DNA of 64,000 nucleotides from sequence record SRR20825006_339. One strand, written 5' to 3'. How positions within the stretch are numbered: position 1 is the stretch's first letter; each line of letters starts with the position of its first letter. The notes beneath the pieces were generated by a model. It did no database searches. It saw only the letters and a list, made by a program, of their open reading frames with translations, and had not been told where the DNA came from. Position numbers and translations under genes: made by a program. Of the stretch, positions 57,572-64,000 are shown one piece after another.

Positions 57572-59092
57572 ATGCAAGAAATAGAAAACATTGAATTAAC
57601 CTATTTAAGTCTTAGCGACTATCAAGAGTTTAAAACTGCTATGATAGCCTCTTATTCTGCCATGCCTGATGCTTATTGGCGTGAAAGCCACATGGCTTCG
57701 CTAATTGACCGTTTTCCCGATGGGCAAGTTGTTATTAAAGCGAATGGTCAGCTTGCAGGTTGTGCCCTCTCTATAATTGTGAATTATGATGATTTCGAAG
57801 AACATCACACTTACAAAGAAATCACGGGGAATTACACCTTCGATACACACAACTCAAAAGGCGATGTGTTATACGGAATTGATGTATTTATTAAACCAGA
57901 ATTTCGTGGACTTCGCCTAGCTCGTCGACTTTATGAATACCGCAAAGAATTGTGTGAACGATTGAATTTGCGAGGAATCGCTTTTGGTGGCCGTATTCCA
58001 AATTACCATAATTACATTGGGGAGCTTACTCCAAAAGAATACATCGATAGCGTAAAGCGTAAAGAGATTCACGATTCTGTATTGAGCTTTCAAATTTCCA
58101 ACGACTTCCATCCCACTAAGGTTTTGAAGGGTTACTTAGAAGGTGATAAAGAATCTGCTGAATATGCAGTGTTGCTAGAGTGGAATAACATTTACTATGA
58201 AAAACCCAATAAGAAAGCTTCCACTATAAAGAAAATTGTTCGTTTAGGGTTGATTCAGTGGCAAATGAGGCCGTACGATAACTTAGACGATTTATTACAA
58301 CAAGCCGAGTTTTTTGTGGATGCTGTTTCCGGTTATCGGGCTGACTTCGCGCTTTTTCCAGAGTTTTTTAATGCTCCGTTGATGGCCGAAAACAATCATC
58401 TCTCAGAAGCAGATGCCATTCGTGAATTAGCAAAACATACTGCGGCTATCGTTCAGAAATTTTCAGAATTAGCCATCTCCTATAATATCAATATTATTAC
58501 GGGAAGCATGCCTGAGATCAAGAACGATCTTCTGTACAACGTTGGCTATTTATGCAAGCGTGATGGCCAAACAGAACGTTATGAAAAAATCCATGTAACC
58601 CCTGATGAATCCAAAGTTTGGGGAATGCAAGGTGGTAGAGAAATCAAAACCTTTGAAACTGATTGCGGCAAAATTGGCATCTTAATTTGTTATGATTCAG
58701 AATTTCCAGAATTGAGCAGAATACTAGCCGACGAAGGCATGGATATTTTGTTTGTTCCTTTCTTAACCGATACTCAAAACGGTTACTCTAGAGTTCGCCA
58801 TTGTTCGCAAGCAAGAGCCATTGAAAATGAATGTTATGTAGCCATTGCAGGAAGTGTGGGTAATTTACCGAAAGTGCATAATATGGACATTCAGTATGCG
58901 CAATCGATGGTATTTACGCCTTGCGATTTCGCCTTTCCTACCAATGGAATTAAAGCTGAAGCAACTCCAAATGCAGAGATGATACTAATTGCAGATGTGG
59001 ATATCGATTTACTTCGTGAACTTCATGAGCAAGGAAGTGTTCGAAATTTAAAAGATCGTAGAACCGATATTTTCGAACTAAAGAGAAAGTAG
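57572..59092 (+). CDS. Bifunctional GNAT acetyltransferase / carbon-nitrogen hydrolase
   Basis: GNAT motif A (PEFRGLRLA); nitrilase triad FPE, YEK, ICYD. Confidence 0.93.
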   Translation: MQEIENIELTYLSLSDYQEFKTAMIASYSAMPDAYWRESHMASLIDRFPDGQVVIKANGQLAGCALSIIVNYDDFEEHHTYKEITGNYTFDTHNSKGDVLYGIDVFIKPEFRGLRLARRLYEYRKELCERLNLRGIAFGGRIPNYHNYIGELTPKEYIDSVKRKEIHDSVLSFQISNDFHPTKVLKGYLEGDKESAEYAVLLEWNNIYYEKPNKKASTIKKIVRLGLIQWQMRPYDNLDDLLQQAEFFVDAVSGYRADFALFPEFFNAPLMAENNHLSEADAIRELAKHTAAIVQKFSELAISYNINIITGSMPEIKNDLLYNVGYLCKRDGQTERYEKIHVTPDESKVWGMQGGREIKTFETDCGKIGILICYDSEFPELSRILADEGMDILFVPFLTDTQNGYSRVRHCSQARAIENECYVAIAGSVGNLPKVHNMDIQYAQSMVFTPCDFAFPTNGIKAEATPNAEMILIADVDIDLLRELHEQGSVRNLKDRRTDIFELKRK

Positions 59093-59105
59093 TTTTAAGA
59101 AGTTT

Positions 59106-59135
59106 GAGAAGGCTGTTTTAAAAACCAGCCTTCTC
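59106..59135. terminator. Hairpin between convergent genes (probable terminator)
   Basis: GAGAAGGCTG-N10-CAGCCTTCTC perfect 10-bp stem; weak U-tails. Confidence 0.6.
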
Positions 59136-59166
59136 TCCTTCCATATTTCTAAGCTTGTTTCTAGTA

Positions 59167-61767
59167 TTAAAACCCAGATAAAAGCATTACAGCGTTTTGC
59201 ATCATTCTTGATGGTCCAACCCAGAACATTCGGTACTGCGTGTTATCAAGCAAGTGAACTACTTTACCACGTCCTACATTTTGCACAGCGGCAAAAGCCA
59301 TCCCTTGAGCATTTTTCTGATTTTCTTGAGATGCATAACCAGATGCTAAAACTGGCTCAGCATCTTTAACATAATAACCTACGGTGCTAAAGCTATCGTT
59401 TGGTTTTAATCCATTGGTGCTAAATTTTAGCGAGTATAGCTTATCTGTCATTCCGAATGCTAGTGGGTGAGTATTATCAACTATGGCTTTAAAAGCGGAA
59501 CCTGGGATTCGTTTCAATCCTGAGGAATCACTTCTATTTGCATAGGTTGTGTAAGCGCTGGCTTTAATCTCATCGCTTTCTTTATCTTTCTTTGGCTCGA
59601 ATAATTCAGCGCTAGAAATGCCCGATTGCTCTTTGCTCAACCAAGCGCCGGCCGATTCTGTACCAATTAGCGTACCACCGCTTCTTACCCAATCTTTAAG
59701 ATCTTTTCGAGCTGATTCACTAAATACGCCATTCAACCCAAAACCTCCTGGAAGAATAATTACATCGTATTCATTCAAATCCATTCTGGAGAAACTACCC
59801 GAACGAATTCTAGAAATTCCTAGCTCGGTCCATTGATCAAATAAGAACCAGATTTGTCCTGCCGTATAAGAATTGAAACCTGAGTCGATCATCAAAGCAA
59901 CTTTCGGCTGCTTTATAGGTTGGCTGTCGCCAGATCCTAAATCAATTCCTTCGTCCATTCTTCCTGTATCAAAACCAATCACTTTAACTTGTGCTTGTTT
60001 GGCTACTTTTTTGAAATCAGCACGCATTCTGTTCTTATTATCGAAGTTACGTCCAGCTAAAGCTATGATGCTACCTTCGGAATACTCAACGCCATCTTTC
60101 TTAAACTTCTTACCAGCACTTCTTACGTTATACCCCATATCCCACAACATAGAAAGTGCTTTGGGTGCATTCTTTTGGCTCCAATCTATCACAAATGCAT
60201 AGCTAGCATTTTCGTTGGTAACGCTGTTTGGCTGCAGTATATCAATCGTAATCTTTTCCGTTTTTACGGATACGTTTTCAGTACTCCATGTAGCATCCAA
60301 GTTGTAGGCTAATGGAATAGACCAAGTTGACATATCGTACATCACTGAATCTTTAATTTCCATTTGTCTACGGAAGAGCGTGTTAATCAACAAATGCGCC
60401 GGCTGATCAGTTTTGATGATGAAATCACCTTTCTTATAGCTTTTTGATGACGCTTTTCCATCCCAATAGCTATATGCTTTTTTTACAGAAAAATCTGAAG
60501 TAGCACGTTCAACTTCAACGCCATGTTTATTCATCAAATTGACAACTTGGTAAGTATAATCATTTGGATTATTAGGCAGAATGTAGGCTTTGGTATTTCC
60601 TTTTTGGGTTGATTGAGATCTCGCTTCTTTGAAGTAAGTCAACAATTCCTTGCGGTTTTCAACTGAAGTTCCAACAATAGAAACACCATTTCTGTAATGA
60701 TCAAAAACACGCTGACGTAGAGTAAGAACGTAATCATCATCCGTAGTAACAGCTCGTCCACCACGGCTATGGCCACCTTGCTCGGCTAACATACCAATAG
60801 CTCCCATCACACTTGGATAAGAAGAACCATAACCTGGATAAAAGAAATCGAAGGCTTCGCGAGTTGCGTAGTTTACATTTGCTTTATCAAACTCAGCAAT
60901 GGCACCTCTGCCAAATACATCAGCAAATTTTTCGTAATCCTTAGGCAATTCATGGTTTCGCGGTGTCGTACCTGGCATGGTAAAGTAATTGTTGTTAAAA
61001 CCTTGCTCATGGAAATCAATATGAACCTGAGGCATCCAATCTTTATATACACTAATTCTTCCTCTCGACTCAGGATGAACCAACCAAACCCAATCACGGT
61101 TCAAGTCAAACCAATAGTGATTTGTTCTTCCACCAGGCCAAATCTCATCATGCTCTAAATCAGTAGCATCTGTATTTAAGATGTTTGCTTGCGAAGATTT
61201 ATACCAATACACATAACGGTCTCTACCGTCTACATTAATTACGGGATCGATGATTACAACAGAATTATCTAACCACTCTTTGGTTTCTGCATCGTTAGCC
61301 GCCACGAGACGATACGCTGTTTGCATTGCAGCTTCACTACTGGAAGGCTCGTTGCCATGCACATTGTAACTCATCCACACTACAGCGGGTTGATCAGCAA
61401 TGTTTGCTTTTTCTGGGTTATAGGCGATTTCTTGATTCGCAGCTTTTATGTCATCAATATTAGCTTGATTTGCTGCTGAAGTTATAACCGCATAATTCAA
61501 GTCACGTCCTTCGTAGCTAGTAGCATATTGGTGGAAGGTGATTTTGTCCGATACTTTGGCAAGTGCTCGAAAATAATCCATTATTTGATGATGGAACGTG
61601 TATTCCTCACCAAGCTCATATCCCAGAAATTCTTCGGGAGATGGAATCTTTGAGTCAAAGCTTATATCCGTTTCAAACTGAAACCGTTCGATGGCTTGCT
61701 TTATTTGTGAGAATGCGGGAAGTGTACTCATCCCTAAAAAGAATAGAAGTAGTAATAGTTTTTTCAT
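59167..61767 (-). CDS. M14 family zinc carboxypeptidase with C-terminal GATase-like domain, secreted
   Basis: Signal peptide; HGNE, DLNRD and DFHE motifs. Confidence 0.9.
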   Translation of the reverse strand: MKKLLLLLFFLGMSTLPAFSQIKQAIERFQFETDISFDSKIPSPEEFLGYELGEEYTFHHQIMDYFRALAKVSDKITFHQYATSYEGRDLNYAVITSAANQANIDDIKAANQEIAYNPEKANIADQPAVVWMSYNVHGNEPSSSEAAMQTAYRLVAANDAETKEWLDNSVVIIDPVINVDGRDRYVYWYKSSQANILNTDATDLEHDEIWPGGRTNHYWFDLNRDWVWLVHPESRGRISVYKDWMPQVHIDFHEQGFNNNYFTMPGTTPRNHELPKDYEKFADVFGRGAIAEFDKANVNYATREAFDFFYPGYGSSYPSVMGAIGMLAEQGGHSRGGRAVTTDDDYVLTLRQRVFDHYRNGVSIVGTSVENRKELLTYFKEARSQSTQKGNTKAYILPNNPNDYTYQVVNLMNKHGVEVERATSDFSVKKAYSYWDGKASSKSYKKGDFIIKTDQPAHLLINTLFRRQMEIKDSVMYDMSTWSIPLAYNLDATWSTENVSVKTEKITIDILQPNSVTNENASYAFVIDWSQKNAPKALSMLWDMGYNVRSAGKKFKKDGVEYSEGSIIALAGRNFDNKNRMRADFKKVAKQAQVKVIGFDTGRMDEGIDLGSGDSQPIKQPKVALMIDSGFNSYTAGQIWFLFDQWTELGISRIRSGSFSRMDLNEYDVIILPGGFGLNGVFSESARKDLKDWVRSGGTLIGTESAGAWLSKEQSGISSAELFEPKKDKESDEIKASAYTTYANRSDSSGLKRIPGSAFKAIVDNTHPLAFGMTDKLYSLKFSTNGLKPNDSFSTVGYYVKDAEPVLASGYASQENQKNAQGMAFAAVQNVGRGKVVHLLDNTQYRMFWVGPSRMMQNAVMLLSGF

Positions 61768-61973
61768 ACTTGTAGTTAGTTAGTTGCTTGCTAAAGACTA
61801 CTAAAATTCTACGTAAATAAGAGTTAAATCTGCGGTGTTATTATTTGTCCAATCAAAAAACTTCTAATCTACTCGATATTAAATACCTACTGTAAATTAG
61901 AGTTAATAATTTTCTTCCTTTTATAAGAATGTGGTATTCTAAATCGAACGAATTTCAATACTCTACTTTATCT

Positions 61974-63560
61974 ATGAAAAAAAGCATTCTAATTGGTTTA
62001 CTCATTCTAGGTATCACTCTGCTTTTAGCAAGTATATTTGGACCCGATTTCTTGGAAGGGAAACTCAAAACGGCTTTAGAAGCTCAAGTTGTTATCCAAA
62101 CTGATAGCAGTTATACGATGGAGTTTCAGGAATTAGATATTTCTCTTTGGGGTAGACGTGTAACTGCCGATTCAATCTCTATTTCTCCAAAAAATGATCG
62201 AGAAACCATAAAAAGCATTCAGATCCACTCCTTTGAGATTCAGGAAATAAAATGGCTTAGTCTCATTACCGAAGATTTCCCACAGTTCGGTAAAGTTGTT
62301 GTAGAGCAACCCGAGATTGAAATCTATTCCAGACCTTTTACCTCTTCTACATTTAGTAACAATAGTGGCGCTATCACCGACACGTCTTCTAACTCCATTA
62401 ACTTTTCCAGTTTTGATTTGAACATAATAGATGGCAAAGCGCGTATGGTTGAACCATCTGGACGAACAGAAGTTATGCTCGAGCATTTTGATTTAAGTGC
62501 AACCAAAGTAAATGTAAATCAAATTCTAGATGGCTCTCGTGTCCCCTTTCTAGATGAATTAATCCTGTCGGGTAAAAACTTAACCTGGCGATTAGATGAA
62601 AAACTGTATCGTCTTGAAGTTGGGGCGTTTTCTTTTGATCGAGTTCAGAAGCAAGCTTTAGTTCAAAATATCGCGTTAATTCCTGTGTTACCTCGCTATA
62701 GATTCTCAGAGATTAAAGGCTATTCCTCTGACCGTGTTGAGCTGAATATTGACAAAATCAATCTCCAAGGTGTCAACCTCGACTCTCTTTATATCCCGAG
62801 AATTGAAGTTGAGAAGATTTCCATTGAACAAGGGGCTTTAGCTATGTTCAAAAACAAAACAATCCCATCTAAGACTACCATTGGTTTTAGACCATTATTG
62901 AGTGAAGCCATCAGTAAAGCAACCGTTGCGCAAGTTGGATTGCACGAAGTTCTGATTAATAATTTTGATGTCACTTATACAGAACACAAAGAAGGTGTTA
63001 AAGAACCTGGCGAAGTCACATTTAAAGATATTTCAGGATCAATCAGTAATATTTCCACTCCAGGATACCCTACTTTCCTAACTGATTCTCTCGAGCTAGA
63101 TGTTTCGACCTATTTTATGGGTGTTTCTAAACTTGATCTTAAAGCTCGTTACGCTCTTTTCGATAAAGACGAATATCACCGCGTTTGGGGGAGTTTAGGC
63201 TCCATCCACACTTCTGCTTTGAAAAGCCCACTCATTAACCTTGCCAGTATTGAAGCTAAAAGCGGACAGGTTAATTCCCTCGAGTTCCATTTTAACGTAA
63301 ATCGTACCGCTGCAAATGGTCAAATCTTGTTGGATTATCAAGATCTCAATATTTTCTTACTGAAAGACCATGATACTTCGCAAAAACCTTTAGCAAGTCG
63401 TGTTTCTAGCTTTATAGCTAATACATTTATAATAGACGATAGCAACACAGGCTCAAAACTTGAGCCTGCTAAAATTCATTACAAATGGGATAACCTAAAG
63501 GGAGTTTTCGGCTATTGGTGGCAAGCTTTACTTTCTGGCATAAAAGCTACTATCAAATAA
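61974..63560 (+). CDS. Hypothetical AsmA/DUF748-like envelope protein
   Basis: N-terminal TM anchor and beta-rich body; ATG 61974 preferred over 61929. Confidence 0.55.
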   Translation: MKKSILIGLLILGITLLLASIFGPDFLEGKLKTALEAQVVIQTDSSYTMEFQELDISLWGRRVTADSISISPKNDRETIKSIQIHSFEIQEIKWLSLITEDFPQFGKVVVEQPEIEIYSRPFTSSTFSNNSGAITDTSSNSINFSSFDLNIIDGKARMVEPSGRTEVMLEHFDLSATKVNVNQILDGSRVPFLDELILSGKNLTWRLDEKLYRLEVGAFSFDRVQKQALVQNIALIPVLPRYRFSEIKGYSSDRVELNIDKINLQGVNLDSLYIPRIEVEKISIEQGALAMFKNKTIPSKTTIGFRPLLSEAISKATVAQVGLHEVLINNFDVTYTEHKEGVKEPGEVTFKDISGSISNISTPGYPTFLTDSLELDVSTYFMGVSKLDLKARYALFDKDEYHRVWGSLGSIHTSALKSPLINLASIEAKSGQVNSLEFHFNVNRTAANGQILLDYQDLNIFLLKDHDTSQKPLASRVSSFIANTFIIDDSNTGSKLEPAKIHYKWDNLKGVFGYWWQALLSGIKATIK

Positions 63561-64000
63561 CTAGTAGGTAAAAGTATGTGTGTATTTAATCAATACAGAA
63601 CGGCTTTGAACATTTGGTAAACGTGGATACCCAAACTGAAGTGGATCTCTATTCGTGTACTGTTGTTCGTTAAGAACTACCCAAAAATCTCTCCCTTCAC
63701 TAAAGTTATATCTGAACCTAAAATTAGCACCAGCTAACTCAGAGATATTGCTATACTGAACAAATAAACTAGCCGATAGTTTCTTGTTTAAAGCATATTG
63801 TCCTCGTAATTGAGCTAAATGTGCAGTGAATTTCTCTACATCTCTTCCAGCTATTGATGGGAAATCTAGTTTTGTGATTTGGTAACTACCACTTAATTCG
63901 AAATGGATGTTGGCAATCCATTTCGGTTCAACTTTAACTTGCGTTCTCTTGCCATCAAAAATATTGCCATACTCTAAACTGAATTTGCTTTTCAGACTTT
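63561..64000 (-). CDS. C-terminal part of an outer-membrane beta-barrel protein (DUF5916-like); begins outside the window
   Basis: Manual translation ...LFVQYSNISELAGANFRFRYNFSEGRDFWVVLNE...SVLIKYTHTFTY*; TAG at 63563-63561. Confidence 0.7.
   Translation of the reverse strand, partial: SLKSKFSLEYGNIFDGKRTQVKVEPKWIANIHFELSGSYQITKLDFPSIAGRDVEKFTAHLAQLRGQYALNKKLSASLFVQYSNISELAGANFRFRYNFSEGRDFWVVLNEQQYTNRDPLQFGYPRLPNVQSRSVLIKYTHTFTY

Noticed and set aside
61768-61805. Short TAGT/TTGC repeats upstream of the M14 gene
   Set aside because: Too short and irregular for a contingency locus or array.

Overview
AT-rich, gene-dense bacterial chromosome window. The protein families and TAnnTTTG-type promoter motifs point to the Bacteroidota/Balneolota (FCB) group, probably a Balneolaceae-like marine bacterium (inferred from recalled family resemblance, not from a search). 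Most of the window is core genome. (1) A minus-strand guaB-glycosyltransferase-M23-bactofilin-atpZ/I-atpBEFHA run. (2) A PTS-IIA/dacB/sigma54 regulator/folD unit. (3) ccmB-holB-dapF-DUF5103. (4) A long NFACT-aroK-aroB-tamB-rnr-Omp85 operon. (5) HU plus a 30-aa basic bS22/mS38-like protein missed by the ORF track. (6) An AGCS symporter, upp and lptC/lptA. (7) An EF-G paralog lacking the catalytic His. (8) A probable metal-uptake TonB locus led by a CxxC...RSPP putative arrest-peptide ORF. (9) An uncharacterised DoxX-like/DUF2071/methyltransferase/membrane-protein cassette and several peptidases. I saw no rRNA, tRNA, CRISPR array, integrase or transposase. The best leads are the RSPP leader-peptide metal-uptake locus, a candidate antisense small RNA at about 50.3-50.5 kb, the peptidase/beta-propeller Omp85 linked to tamB, the EF-G2-like factor and the DUF2071 cassette. 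None can be called a proven novel system from sequence alone.
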